Source: Candidatus Aerophobota bacterium
Lineage (GTDB): Bacteria > Aerophobota > Aerophobia > Aerophobales > AE-B3A
Direction of reading: 5' to 3'
Length of the DNA stretch: 39,939 nucleotides
Assembly: GCA_030616535.1 (NCBI GenBank)
Contig: JAUWXE010000002.1
Coordinates: 1-39,939, forward strand
In this document: positions 1-9,538 of the stretch, one piece after another
Numbering within the stretch: the stretch's first letter is position 1
Layout: the number at the start of each line of letters is the position of its first letter
Made by a program: the position numbers and the translations under genes
The notes under the pieces: model-generated
The model's database searches: none
Told to the model about the DNA's origin: nothing
The model's input: the letters and a program-made list of their open reading frames with translations, nothing else

Positions 1-1293
1 ATGAGTAAAAAAGCAGAAGATATAGACAAACCACTTATATTTAAGGTATTAAACCCGGCTGTTCTTGCACTTACCGATTGAAAATAGGCTCCCAGTAATT
101 TTTCTTTAAGGGGAAGATTCTCCGTGGCTCCTCCCAGAAAGATAAGACCCATTCCTGTCGCAATCAATATGCCCGAAATCAAAAGGACCAGTTTACTATG
201 GAGAGACAAAGACCCCTTTTTTTCCTTAAGACGGCAATAGACCCAGTGAAGAAGATTAGTTATCACCATAAATCCCAATCCTCCCAGGATTATCAGACTA
301 GTCATAATAAGATTAATTCCTAAATTTGCTCGATAACTCATAAAACTATCCGAAAACAGAGAAAATCCAGCGTTACAGAAGGCTGAAACAGAATGAAAGA
401 TAGCAAAATAGGCACCAGACACCCCCGCTCCATATCTGGGTAAGAATTGGCTATAGAGCAGAAGAGCTCCAGCTGCCTCTATAATGAAAGTGATGGTGAG
501 AATTGATAAAAGTAAAGATCCAATTCTACCTAGTCTTCTGTAATTGAGTATATCTTGAAGGAGACCCCTATCTTTAAGTCCGAATCCTTTGCCTAAGACC
601 AGGGCGAAGAAAGAAGTAAAGGTCATCAACCCTAGACCTCCTATTTGCACCAGTGAAAGGATGATTAGTTGTCCTGGCAAGGAAAAATGAGTTCCTGTAT
701 CGACAACAATGAGTCCCGTAACACAGGTCGCCGAAGTAGCAGTAAAAAGAGCATCCAGGAAAGTGGTCTCCTTTCCTGATGCAGTAGAGCGGGGTAAAAG
801 AAGTAACAAAGTCCCCATAGCGATGATAGTGAGGAAGGTCAAAATAACTACTAAGGAGGGGTTTAGCTTCAGAATGAGAAGAGCTTTGTTGAGTTGAGGT
901 ACTTTTAGAAGTAAGGCCGCAAGAATATACCCTTGAGAGATTACTATATAGGCCTCGGCCGGAGAGACGATACCAATTCTTCCTGAAAATTGAGCGAGTC
1001 CAGGCAAACCGAATAACTTCTTAATAGATAGGATTAGGATAAAAAAGAGAGCAATAACTACTCCATCCACTTTATTAGCCATCAAATAAGCTCGCTTATC
1101 CTTCGCTAAGGCTAACTTAAAGAAAAATTCACCAAGGAATATCCCCACAATAAATAGATCCATACGATGGAGGAAAGCTTCGGTTTTTACTCCTAAATAA
1201 AAACCGTACTCCAGGAGAAGGGAGAGGATAGCTGTAAGAGCAACCCCTGTAATGAAGATATTCAGGTAAGATGTAACTTTAGGATGGTTAATT
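1..1293 (-). CDS. trkH: TrkH/KtrB-family potassium uptake membrane protein. The C-terminus runs off the window edge. The start is uncertain.
   Basis: My reverse-strand translation gives LDALFTATSATCVTGLIVVDTGTHFS, GQLIILSLVQIGGLGLMTF, FHSVSAFCNAGFSL and YFQSVSARTAGFNT, the pore-loop signatures of TrkH. It is missing from the ORF track because the stop lies outside the window. The frame is open up to 1305. The first ATG is at 1163, but hydrophobic coding-like sequence continues upstream of it. Confidence 0.85.
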
Positions 1294-1311
1294 ACGATTC
1301 TCTCTTTACTT

Positions 1312-2238
1312 TTAATTAATCTGCCGCCATCCTCTCTCTAGACCTAACTGTTTAACTATGTCCAGAGCTTGTTGATATTCCTGGCGAGTAATTCGCCTAT
1401 TCAACTCTTTGAATTCTTGCGCCTTATAGGCAGGAAAATACTGGCTCATAATACTAATGTAAGTATGGGAAGAAATCTCTTCCGCTAAAAAAGCAAAAAC
1501 TCTTCTTGTCCCTGCCTGGCCATTGGGTAGAACAAGATGCCTAACCAGAAGGCCTCTCTGAGCAATTCCTTCCTTATTAAGTCTTAGGTCTCCCACCTGC
1601 CGATGCATCTCTTTCATTGCTTTTTTTGCTATCTCAAAATAATCAGGAGCTGAGGAGTACTTTTCTCCTGCCTCTCTAGTTCCATATTTTAGGTCAGGCA
1701 TGTAAATGTCAACTATCCCCTCCAGAAGCTGCAAAGTTTCCACGTTTTCGTATCCACTGCAATTGTAAACTAAAGGGATGTTCAGGCCCCTCTCGACAGC
1801 TTGTGAGAAACCAGACAGAATTTGAGGTATGAAATGAGTGGGGGTAACCAAATTTATATTGTGGCATCCTCTTTTCTGCAAACTGAGCATCATTTGAGTA
1901 AGCTCTTGGGTTGAGATTTTGTTTCCATTCCCCAGATGAGATATTGGATAATTCTGACAAAAGAGACATCTTAAATTACAGTGGGTCAGGAAGATAGTTC
2001 CTGAGCCCCCATAGCCAGAAATTGGTGGCTCTTCGCCAAAGTGAGAATGAAAGCTGGAGACCTCTAATTCCTCACCGGATTTGCAAAATCCGGTCTCTCC
2101 CTTTCTTCTATTTACGCCACATCTGCGGGGACAGAGACTACAGTTTTCCAAGAGTTTATAAGCTTTTTCTATCCTTTTTTCTAGCTCACCACTCTCATAA
2201 AGCTTTCGATAATTAAGAGTATCCAAAGCGGTGTCCAT
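1312..2238 (-). CDS. Radical SAM protein, PflX / pyruvate-formate-lyase-activase-like family
   Basis: CNLRCLFCQN matches the CxxxCxxC radical-SAM cluster motif. An N-terminal CSLCPRRCGVNR...GFC cysteine cluster is also present. 308 aa. Confidence 0.8.
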   Translation of the reverse strand: MDTALDTLNYRKLYESGELEKRIEKAYKLLENCSLCPRRCGVNRRKGETGFCKSGEELEVSSFHSHFGEEPPISGYGGSGTIFLTHCNLRCLFCQNYPISHLGNGNKISTQELTQMMLSLQKRGCHNINLVTPTHFIPQILSGFSQAVERGLNIPLVYNCSGYENVETLQLLEGIVDIYMPDLKYGTREAGEKYSSAPDYFEIAKKAMKEMHRQVGDLRLNKEGIAQRGLLVRHLVLPNGQAGTRRVFAFLAEEISSHTYISIMSQYFPAYKAQEFKELNRRITRQEYQQALDIVKQLGLERGWRQIN

Positions 2239-2276
2239 CTTTATCTCATGTCTTAAGGTAAGGGGTAACTTGCCTG

Positions 2277-2304
2277 ATTATATCAATTCCCTATTCTTTG
2301 ACAA
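2277..2304 (-). promoter_or_regulatory. Putative sigma-70 promoter for the radical-SAM/trkH unit: TTGTCA-N16-TGaTATAAT on the minus strand
   Basis: The reverse complement of 2299-2304 is TTGTCA. The reverse complement of 2277-2282 is TATAAT, preceded by TGa. The -10 lies about 39 nt upstream of the start at 2238. Confidence 0.5.
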
Positions 2305-2318
2305 GAATCTAAAGTTTC

Positions 2319-2347
2319 TTGACAAAACATCTTAAATTATATATTTT
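2319..2347 (+). promoter_or_regulatory. Putative sigma-70 promoter for rny: TTGACA, then TATATT or TATTTT after 15-17 nt
   Basis: TTGACA at 2319-2324. An AT-rich -10 candidate lies at 2340-2347. It is divergent from the minus-strand promoter above. Confidence 0.35.
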
Positions 2348-2366
2348 TATAGCATAGTTTAGATCT

Positions 2367-3923
2367 TTGAAAATAGAGGAGGTGATACCAATTAATATCA
2401 TCAATGAGACGTATATATATATTATTTTAGGGCTACTCGGGGGATGGGCAATTACTACTCTTCTCAGTAGAGTAAGAGCAAGATCTTTATTGAACAAAGC
2501 CCGGCATAAATTATCCCGGGTAGAGGAGGAAATCAGGAATAGAAGAAGAGAAATTGAACTTGAGAAAAAGGAGGAACTTCACCGAATAAGAGCTAGTTTT
2601 GAGAAGGAAACCAGAGAAAAAAGCGATGAACTTCATAAATTATCAAAAAGGTTAATAGAAAGAGAGGAGGCTCTAGATCACCGTCTCCTGGAAATAGAAC
2701 GGAAAAAAGGGGAAATTTCAGCAGAAGAACAAAGGTTAGAAAAGGAGAGAGAAAAAATAAGAGCTCTGGAAATTAAGCGAAGGGAGGAGCTGGAAAAAAT
2801 AGCCGGTATCTCTGCGGCTGAGGCAAAAAGGAACCTTTTGGACACTATAAAGAAAGAGGCTAAAGAAGAAGCATCTCAAATTATCCAGAAAGTGGAGAGA
2901 GAAGCCAAGGAAACAGCTAACAAAAAAGCGAGAAGGATTATAGCTACCGCTATTCAGCGTTGCGCGGTGGATGAAGTGGCCGATACGGTCATTTCCACCC
3001 TTTCCTTGCCCAATGATGAGATGAAAGGAAGAGTTATCGGAAGAGAGGGTAGAAACATAAGGACATTTGAAGCTCTCACCGGTGTGGATTTAATCGTAGA
3101 TGATACTCCAGAAACGGTGGTCATCTCCTGTTTCGATCCCTTAAGGCGTAAAATAGCTGAAATTAGCCTAGAGCGACTTATCGCTGATACTCGCATACAT
3201 CCAGCAAGAATCGAGGAGATAGTGGAAAAAGCCAAAAAAGATATGGAGGAGATCATTCACGAAGAAGGTCAGCGGGCAGCTTTTGACATGGGAATCTCTG
3301 ATCTACCTCCCGAACTAACCAATCTTCTAGGAAGATTGAAATTCCGCACCAGTTATGGACAAAACGTATTGCAACACTCAAAGGAAGTATCCTATATAGC
3401 TAGCATTATAGCATCTGAAGTAAAGGCAGATTATATCCAGGCCAAAAGAGCAGGTCTTCTTCATGATATTGGAAAAGCCGTGGATCAGGAAATAGAAGGT
3501 TCACACGCTTTAATTGGAGCCCGTTTGGCTGAACGATATGGAGAATCACCAGAGATCGTTCATGCCATTGCTGCTCATCATGAAGATAGACAAGCTGATA
3601 CCACCCTGGCTATTTTGATTCAGGCTTCAGATGCTGTTTCTGCGGCCAGACCTGGAGCAAGAAAAGAGGTTCTGGAGGCTTATCTTAAGCGAGTCGAAGA
3701 GTTGGAGGAGATAGCCCACTCCTTTGCTGGAGTAAGCAGGGCTTATGCTATACAGGCAGGCAGGGAACTACGTATCATGGTTCAGCCAGAGGAGATCGCC
3801 GATGAAGAAGCCACAGAGCTCTCTCGAGCGATCGCTAATAAAATTGAAAAGGAATTAAGCTATCCCGGACAGATTAAGATAACGGTAATTCGAGAGCTTC
3901 GTTCTATTGAATATGCAAAATGA
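2367..3923 (+). CDS. rny: Ribonuclease Y
   Basis: N-terminal TM helix, K/E-rich coiled coil, KH motif GRVIGREGRNIRTFE and HD motif LLHDIGKA...HH. The true start is probably downstream of 2367 (GTG 2382 or ATT 2391), following the AGAGGAGG Shine-Dalgarno at 2375-2382. Confidence 0.9.
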   Translation: MKIEEVIPINIINETYIYIILGLLGGWAITTLLSRVRARSLLNKARHKLSRVEEEIRNRRREIELEKKEELHRIRASFEKETREKSDELHKLSKRLIEREEALDHRLLEIERKKGEISAEEQRLEKEREKIRALEIKRREELEKIAGISAAEAKRNLLDTIKKEAKEEASQIIQKVEREAKETANKKARRIIATAIQRCAVDEVADTVISTLSLPNDEMKGRVIGREGRNIRTFEALTGVDLIVDDTPETVVISCFDPLRRKIAEISLERLIADTRIHPARIEEIVEKAKKDMEEIIHEEGQRAAFDMGISDLPPELTNLLGRLKFRTSYGQNVLQHSKEVSYIASIIASEVKADYIQAKRAGLLHDIGKAVDQEIEGSHALIGARLAERYGESPEIVHAIAAHHEDRQADTTLAILIQASDAVSAARPGARKEVLEAYLKRVEELEEIAHSFAGVSRAYAIQAGRELRIMVQPEEIADEEATELSRAIANKIEKELSYPGQIKITVIRELRSIEYAK

Positions 3924-4522
3924 GTAAACCGTCGTTTAAACTTGGAATCATGGGAGGAACTTTTAATCCAATTCATCAGGGACACCTGGTGGCAGCAGAG
4001 TTTATTTGGGATAAATTTAAGTTGGACGAGGTACTCTTTGTTCCTTCTGGTAAACCTCCCCATAAAGGGAACAATGAAGTTGCCTCACCAGAAAACCGCT
4101 GGATGATGACGGTTCTTGCCACAGCCAGCAATGAACATTTCTCTGTCTCTTCCATAGAGATAGAGCGGCAGGGTGAATCTTATACCCGGGACACTATCTT
4201 ACAATTAAGGCAGATCTACGGGGAAGGTACAGAATGTTATTTTATTACGGGAGCCGATGCCATAGTGGAAATTTCCACCTGGCATAAAACAGAGGATTTG
4301 CCACATTTAGCTAAATTTATTGCTGTTTCCAGGCCGGGTTACAAGCTAAATATAAAAAAGATCGATCCCCGGTTTCAAAAATGTACTTGCCTTGTAGAAG
4401 TTCCTGCTTTAGCCATTTCCTCAACAGAGATCAGAGAAAGAATAAAAAAGGGACAAACTATCAAATATCTTGTGTCAGAAGTGGTTGAAAAATATATTTA
4501 TAAGAATAACCTCTATCGATAA
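3920..4522 (+). CDS. nadD: Nicotinate-nucleotide adenylyltransferase
   Basis: GIMGGTFNPIHQGHL motif. ATGA overlap with the rny stop. Confidence 0.9.
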   Translation: MSKPSFKLGIMGGTFNPIHQGHLVAAEFIWDKFKLDEVLFVPSGKPPHKGNNEVASPENRWMMTVLATASNEHFSVSSIEIERQGESYTRDTILQLRQIYGEGTECYFITGADAIVEISTWHKTEDLPHLAKFIAVSRPGYKLNIKKIDPRFQKCTCLVEVPALAISSTEIRERIKKGQTIKYLVSEVVEKYIYKNNLYR

Positions 4523-4545
4523 ATCTCATTGGAGTTGGGAGATGA

Positions 4546-4914
4546 ATGTGTAGGAGGAAGAGGGATTTGATTCCCCAAGGATTGATTCGGGATGCTATCA
4601 AGATAGTGGAGAATAAAAAAGCAAAAGAGATAGTTCTTTTAAACTTAAAGGAGATTTCTACTATAACAGATTATTTTATAATCTGTAGCGGGGAGTCTTC
4701 TTTGCATATGCGTAGCCTTGCTCAGGAGCTTGAGGAAAAATTAAAGAAGCGGGGAGTGACTCTTCTCAATCCCAAGGATTTTGTGAATAATCGCTGGATT
4801 CTTCTTGACTTTGGCTCAATGGTAGTGCATATTTTCTCCCAGGTAGGGAGGGATTTTTATCAACTGGAAAGATTATGGGTGGACGCCAAAAAAACGGTAG
4901 TCGGTGATCAGTAA
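4546..4914 (+). CDS. rsfS: Ribosomal silencing factor RsfS (iojap family)
   Basis: ITDYFIICSGES...WILLDFGSMVVHIF...R.FY.LE.LW pattern, and the conserved position directly after nadD. An alternative TTG start at 4567 follows AGGAGGAAGAGG. Confidence 0.88.
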   Translation: MCRRKRDLIPQGLIRDAIKIVENKKAKEIVLLNLKEISTITDYFIICSGESSLHMRSLAQELEEKLKKRGVTLLNPKDFVNNRWILLDFGSMVVHIFSQVGRDFYQLERLWVDAKKTVVGDQ

Positions 4915-4923
4915 TCACCAACC

Positions 4924-4953
4924 GGTGAGAGCTTTCTCTTCATCTCACCTTTT
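4924..4953 (+). terminator. Candidate intrinsic terminator after rsfS
   Basis: GGTGAGA (4924-4930) pairs with TCTCACC (4943-4949), followed by TTTT (4950-4953). Confidence 0.45.
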
Positions 4954-5066
4954 CCATAATCCATCACAGGGTGTTGCAACTCGAGGTATAGGAATTTCAA
5001 TAATTTCTCTGAATTGTTATCAAGTAAACCTCGGCAGACCAGATATTAGAAAAAAAGAGGGGAGCA

Positions 5067-5170
5067 GGCTCGACTTGCTCGAGCGAAGCGAGAGTCGGCT
5101 TTGCCGATCGAGCCGTCGAGGGGGGCATTCCGAAGGAATCGGCGAAGCCCTATTTCCTCCCTCGAGTATC
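5067..5170. repeat. GC-rich multi-hairpin block. Its 3' half is a hairpin-only relative of the GTATCGAGGGA/TCCCGAGATAC repeat family.
   Basis: GGCTCGA (5067-5073) pairs with TCGAGCC (5108-5114). TCGGC-TTT-GCCGA hairpin at 5095-5107. TCGAGGGGGG (5116-5125) pairs with CCTCCCTCGA (5156-5165). The string cgagggg..cattccgaaggaatc resembles cgagggactttccccgaaggagcc at 15285-15308. Confidence 0.5.
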
Positions 5171-5174
5171 TTGT

Positions 5175-5247
5175 GGGGGCATAGCTCAGTTGGGAGAGTG
5201 CGTCCTTGGCGTGGACGAGGTCGGGGGTTCGAATCCCCCTGCCTCCA
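5175..5247 (+). tRNA. tRNA-Ala (anticodon GGC)
   Basis: Hand-folded cloverleaf: acceptor GGGGGCA/TGCCTCC with the G3:U70 Ala identity pair, anticodon loop TTGGCGT, T-arm GGGGG-TTCGAAT-CCCCC, discriminator A. CCA is not encoded. Confidence 0.9.
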
Positions 5248-5281
5248 CTATAACTCTTATTTACAAAGTTGCGCATATCTT

Positions 5282-5347
5282 CGCAGGCTAAAGCCTGCGG
5301 CTACCGGTGGTGCAGGTGAAACGTAGGCTCTGAGCCTCGTAACTACC
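5282..5347 (-). repeat. Two REP-like units (GTAG plus palindrome), both in minus orientation
   Basis: The reverse complement of 5282-5305 is GGTAGCCGCAGGCTTTAGCCTGCG, identical to 16277-16300. The reverse complement of 5322-5347 is the degenerate unit GGTAGTTACGAGGCTCAGAGCCTACG. Confidence 0.7.
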
Positions 5348-5427
5348 AATTATGCACTCAAACAAAAGCTGTAAAGATACTTTTACTATCTTAATTCTTA
5401 GTTCTGAATTATTATGAAGGAGATAAG

Positions 5428-7101
5428 ATGCGAAGTGATCAAATAAAAAAAGGACTTGAGCGGACTCCTCATCGAGCTTTACTTTACAGTACTGGTATGA
5501 CAGAAAAAGCCTTAAATAAGCCCTTTGTTGGAATTGGCTCCAGTTTCAGCGATATAGTACCGGGCCACATCCTGATGCGCGAGATCGAAAGATTTATAGA
5601 AAGAGGTGTTGAGGCAGGCGGTGGTTTTCCTTTCATCTTTGGCATCCCCTCCCTTTGTGATGGAATCAGCATGGGACATCCAGGAATGAGATATTCTCTT
5701 CCCTTGCGGGAAATAATAGCTGACTCTATTGAAGCTGTAGCTCAAGCCCACTGTTTTGATGGACTGATTCTTCTTACCAATTGTGACAAAATAACCCCCG
5801 GTACTCTCATAGCCGCCGCCAGAGTTAACCTTCCTACCATTATAGTTACGGCCGGTCCCATGATGTCTGGTAGATTTAAGGGAAGAAGGCTTTCCTATGT
5901 GAGAGATGCCTTTGAAGTAATTGGCAGATTTAAAAAAGAAGAGATAACCGAGGCCGAGCTTGAGGTTTTAGAAAAAGAGGCTTGCCCAGGAGCAGGCTCG
6001 TGTCAAGGTCTATATACTGCCAATACCATGGCTTGCCTCACTGAAGTTATGGGAATGAGTCTTTCCGGCTCAGGATGTGCTTTAGCTGTTTCGGCCAAAA
6101 GAAAAAGAATTGCCTACGAGAGTGGGGAAAGGATAGTAAAACTCATTGAGGAGAAGGTTCTCTCCAGAGATATAATGAATAGAGAAGCCTTTAAGGACGC
6201 CATTCGGGTGGATATGGCTCTTGGGGGGTCAACTAATACTGTCCTTCATCTTCTGGCCATTGCTAACGAAGCCGGGGTTGAGTTATCACTTGAGCTTTTT
6301 GATGAGATAGGTAGAAGAACTCCTCATTTGGTTAATCTCCGCCCAGGGGGAGACTATTTCATGGAAGATCTGGAATGGGCAGGAGGAATTCCTGGCCTAT
6401 TGAACACTCTTGAAGGGATCCTGGTTGATCGACCTACCGTCTCCGGTAAATCTATAAAGGAGATTGCCCGCAAAGGAGAAGTCTTGGATAGGGAAGTAAT
6501 CAGGAGTCTAGATGATCCTTATAGTGGAGAGGGGGGCATAGCTATCCTAACAGGTTCCCTGGCACCTGAAGGGGCAGTGGTGAAGCAATCTGCCGTAGAG
6601 GAAAAGATGAAAAAATTCAAGGGTAGAGCCAGGATCTTTGATAACGAAGAAGATGCAGTTAAAGCCATTTACGGAGACAAAATAAGAGACCATAATGTTA
6701 TCGTCATTCGCTATGAGGGACCAAAGGGAGGGCCGGGGATGAGGGAGATGCTCTTCTCCACTGCCGCAGTGGTAGGAATGGGGTTATCTGATTCGGTAGC
6801 TCTGATTACCGATGGACGATTCTCAGGAGGTACAAGAGGTCCATGCATAGGCCATGTTTGTCCAGAGGCGGCCCAAGGAGGTCCCATCGCCCTTTTACAA
6901 GATGATGACGAGATTATAATTGATATTCCTCGAAGAAAACTTGAAGTGTGCTTGTCTAAAAAAGAGTTTGCCAAAAGAAGGAAAAGTTGGAGAAAACCTT
7001 CTCCTAAGTTAAAGAAGGGTTATTTGGCCCGCTATACTCAATTGGTAAGCTCGGCTAAGGAAGGGGCAGTATTAAAAGCCAACCTTAATGAAGATAATTA
7101 A
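5428..7101 (+). CDS. ilvD: Dihydroxy-acid dehydratase
   Basis: 557 aa with [15 protein letters not shown] and TDGRFSGGT motifs. Confidence 0.95.
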   Translation: MRSDQIKKGLERTPHRALLYSTGMTEKALNKPFVGIGSSFSDIVPGHILMREIERFIERGVEAGGGFPFIFGIPSLCDGISMGHPGMRYSLPLREIIADSIEAVAQAHCFDGLILLTNCDKITPGTLIAAARVNLPTIIVTAGPMMSGRFKGRRLSYVRDAFEVIGRFKKEEITEAELEVLEKEACPGAGSCQGLYTANTMACLTEVMGMSLSGSGCALAVSAKRKRIAYESGERIVKLIEEKVLSRDIMNREAFKDAIRVDMALGGSTNTVLHLLAIANEAGVELSLELFDEIGRRTPHLVNLRPGGDYFMEDLEWAGGIPGLLNTLEGILVDRPTVSGKSIKEIARKGEVLDREVIRSLDDPYSGEGGIAILTGSLAPEGAVVKQSAVEEKMKKFKGRARIFDNEEDAVKAIYGDKIRDHNVIVIRYEGPKGGPGMREMLFSTAAVVGMGLSDSVALITDGRFSGGTRGPCIGHVCPEAAQGGPIALLQDDDEIIIDIPRRKLEVCLSKKEFAKRRKSWRKPSPKLKKGYLARYTQLVSSAKEGAVLKANLNEDN

Positions 7102-8095
7102 TTATAAAAAGAGAAAACCATTATCTGGAAGGAATGAATTTCTTACTGGGCAGGAGATATCTGATATTTACAAGATTAAAGTTTATCAACCGGGCAAACC
7201 CATAGAGGAAGTAAAAAGGGAGTTTGGGTTAAAGAATGTAATCAAGCTCGCTTCCAATGAGAATCCTCTGGGACCATCTCCGAAGGCAGTGGAGGCTATT
7301 AGAGGGTATGCCTCAAAAATCAACTTTTATCCGGACGGAGGCAGTTATTATTTAAAAAAGGCTCTGGGAGAAAAACTGGGCCTCAAGGAAGAAAACATCA
7401 TTCTGGGTAATGGTTCCGACGAGGTTATTTCTCTGATCACTCGGATCTTTCTCCAGAAAGGTGATCAAGCAATAATGGGGGATCCCTCTTTCCTCATGTA
7501 CAAAATAGATGCTCAACTCAGCCAGGCAAAAGTTGCCTCTGTTCCCTTAAAGAATTTCAGACTGGATCTACCAGAAATGAGCAAAGCCATTAGTTCTAAA
7601 ACAAAGCTCATCTTTATTAGTAATCCCAATAATCCCACCGGCACCATTATTACCGAAGATGAGGTGGAGCACTTTCTAAAGGATGTTCCCCCCCGGATCC
7701 TGACGGTTTTCGATGAGGCCTATTATGAATATGTGGAAGATGCAAATTATCCTCAAAGCATAGATCTCTTAGATAAGAACAGCAACATTATCATCTTGCG
7801 TACTTTTTCCAAGATTTATGGTCTGGCAGGATTAAGAGTAGGTTATGGGATTGGCAGTCCTGAAGTTATTGACCTACTTAACAAAGCTCGCCCTCCCTTT
7901 AATGTAAACTCCTTGGCCCAGGTAGCTGCTTTAGCCAGTCTAGAGGATGAGGATCAGGTTAATCAAAGCAAAAGTTTAGTTAGAGAAGGGAAAGAATTCC
8001 TTTATTCCAATCTTAGAAGACTCAAAGTTTCCTTTATTCCTACTCAGGCAAATTTCATTTTGATTAAAATAGGAAAAAAGGCAAAAGATGTTTAA
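7088..8095 (+). CDS. hisC: Histidinol-phosphate aminotransferase. The ORF ends at an in-frame TAA, and the conserved C-terminal 46 codons continue in the same frame to 8236.
   Basis: [26 protein letters not shown] and [16 protein letters not shown] (PLP lysine). After TAA 8093-8095 the same frame reads GELLKKGIIVRGMGAYNLPHYIRVTIGTKPQNEEFIKNLQTILSSL and stops at 8234-8236. Confidence 0.9.
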   Translation: MKIINYKKRKPLSGRNEFLTGQEISDIYKIKVYQPGKPIEEVKREFGLKNVIKLASNENPLGPSPKAVEAIRGYASKINFYPDGGSYYLKKALGEKLGLKEENIILGNGSDEVISLITRIFLQKGDQAIMGDPSFLMYKIDAQLSQAKVASVPLKNFRLDLPEMSKAISSKTKLIFISNPNNPTGTIITEDEVEHFLKDVPPRILTVFDEAYYEYVEDANYPQSIDLLDKNSNIIILRTFSKIYGLAGLRVGYGIGSPEVIDLLNKARPPFNVNSLAQVAALASLEDEDQVNQSKSLVREGKEFLYSNLRRLKVSFIPTQANFILIKIGKKAKDV

Positions 8096-8171
8096 GGTGA
8101 ACTCCTTAAAAAAGGAATAATTGTGAGGGGAATGGGGGCCTACAATCTTCCCCATTATATAAGAGTCACCA

Positions 8172-8912
8172 TTGGAACAAAACCACAAAATGAAGAGTTT
8201 ATCAAGAATCTCCAAACCATCCTCTCCTCCTTGTAAGAGAGGTTTAACAATTGCCATTGATGGACCAGCCGCCTCAGGAAAAAGCACATCTGCTAAGCTT
8301 GTGGCCAAGAAATTAGGTTATTTGTACCTGGATACGGGAACTATGTACAGAGCCTTGACCTGGAAAGCCTTAAGGAATAAAGTAAACATTAAGGATGGAA
8401 AAAGGCTCCCTCAACTAGCTAAAGAAACAAAAATTACCTTAAAATCTCAATCTAATCTTGAAACCAAAATTTACCTCGATGGTAAAGAGGTAACCTCTTT
8501 GATTCGTTCTCCTCTGATAGATAAAAACGTCTCTCTCATCTCCACTATCAAAGGAATCAGAGAAGCGATGGTAGAAGAGCAAAAGAAAATAGGTAAAGAA
8601 GGAGGTATTGTAGCGGAAGGTAGAGATATAGGAACAGTTGTTTTTCCAAAAGCTGAAGTCAAGATTTTTCTCACAGCCTCGTTTAAGGAAAGGGTAAGAA
8701 GACGCTGGAAGGAAGAAATCAACAAGGGTCTATCTTCGGAAAAAAAAAGGGTAGCCATTGGCCTTCTCACTCGGGATAGGATAGACAGCCAGAGAAAGAT
8801 CGCTCCCCTGAAGAAGGCTAGAGGAGCGGTAGTTATTGACAATACCTGTCTGAACATTCCCCAGACAGTGGATAGAATCCTAGAGGTGGTAAAAACTAAA
8901 CTTACCCCATGA
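8172..8912 (+). CDS. cmk: Cytidylate kinase
   Basis: IAIDGPAASGKST P-loop. An alternative ATG lies at 8190. Confidence 0.9.
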   Translation: MEQNHKMKSLSRISKPSSPPCKRGLTIAIDGPAASGKSTSAKLVAKKLGYLYLDTGTMYRALTWKALRNKVNIKDGKRLPQLAKETKITLKSQSNLETKIYLDGKEVTSLIRSPLIDKNVSLISTIKGIREAMVEEQKKIGKEGGIVAEGRDIGTVVFPKAEVKIFLTASFKERVRRRWKEEINKGLSSEKKRVAIGLLTRDRIDSQRKIAPLKKARGAVVIDNTCLNIPQTVDRILEVVKTKLTP

Positions 8913-9535
8913 AGGAAATCCCTCTTTGGTATTACCTCTTACGTGAGTTAGCCATAATAATCTTTAAGGGTCTGTTTGACATAAAGATTGAAGGAAGGGA
9001 AAACATTCCTCTAAAAGGAGGGGCGGTCCTTGCCTCCAATCATCTAAGTTATCTTGATCCCATTGTCATAGGTCTTCTTGCTCCAAGAAAAATTAATTTC
9101 ATGGCAAAAAGGGAGCTTTTTGAAAACTTCCTGTTCGGCTATTTTATAAGTAAACTGGGAGCTTTTCCTGTCAGAAGAGAGAGATTAGATCGTAAAACCT
9201 ATCGAAAGGCTCTCGGGCTCTTGAAAGAAGGTAAGATTTTGGTTCTCTTCCCGGAAGGAACACGCAGTCGAAAGAGAAATCTTGGATCCTTGAGAGAAGG
9301 AACGGCAAGAATAGCTGTGAGAACAAAAGTTCCTCTGATTCCTGTTATTATCAGGGGAACGGATAAGGCCCTTCCTCGTGGGAAAAAGCTAATAAGACTG
9401 GCCAAGATAAAAGTTCGTATAGGAAAGCCGTTAGAGAGTGAACCATTATACGAAGGCAGAGATATTAAAAGAGAGGTACAAAGAGTTCATCAGAAGTTAG
9501 AAAAGAGTATGAAAACCTTAGTCGAGAGGCCGTAG
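8909..9535 (+). CDS. plsC: 1-acyl-sn-glycerol-3-phosphate acyltransferase
   Basis: NHLSYLDP (HX4D) and FPEGTRS motifs. ATGA overlap with cmk. Confidence 0.85.
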   Translation: MKEIPLWYYLLRELAIIIFKGLFDIKIEGRENIPLKGGAVLASNHLSYLDPIVIGLLAPRKINFMAKRELFENFLFGYFISKLGAFPVRRERLDRKTYRKALGLLKEGKILVLFPEGTRSRKRNLGSLREGTARIAVRTKVPLIPVIIRGTDKALPRGKKLIRLAKIKVRIGKPLESEPLYEGRDIKREVQRVHQKLEKSMKTLVERP

Positions 9536-9538
9536 GGT

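Noticed and set aside
709-897. A 62-aa + strand ORF in the first 1.3 kb
   Set aside because: It is antisense to a clear TrkH-family coding frame on the minus strand. The same reasoning applies to the many other short antisense ORFs in the track that sit inside well-supported genes.
4904-5326. A 140-aa + strand ORF and a 76-aa minus-strand ORF (5046-5276) in the rsfS-ilvD gap
   Set aside because: They run straight through tRNA-Ala and the GC-rich hairpin and REP-like repeats. The translations are Arg/Gly/Ser-rich, as expected from GC-rich non-coding DNA.
8093-8095. Genome-wide reassignment of TAA to a sense codon as the explanation for the hisC in-frame stop
   Set aside because: nadD, rsfS, hup, the MerR-like gene, trpS and others terminate at TAA at lengths normal for their families. 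TAA is therefore a functional stop in this genome.
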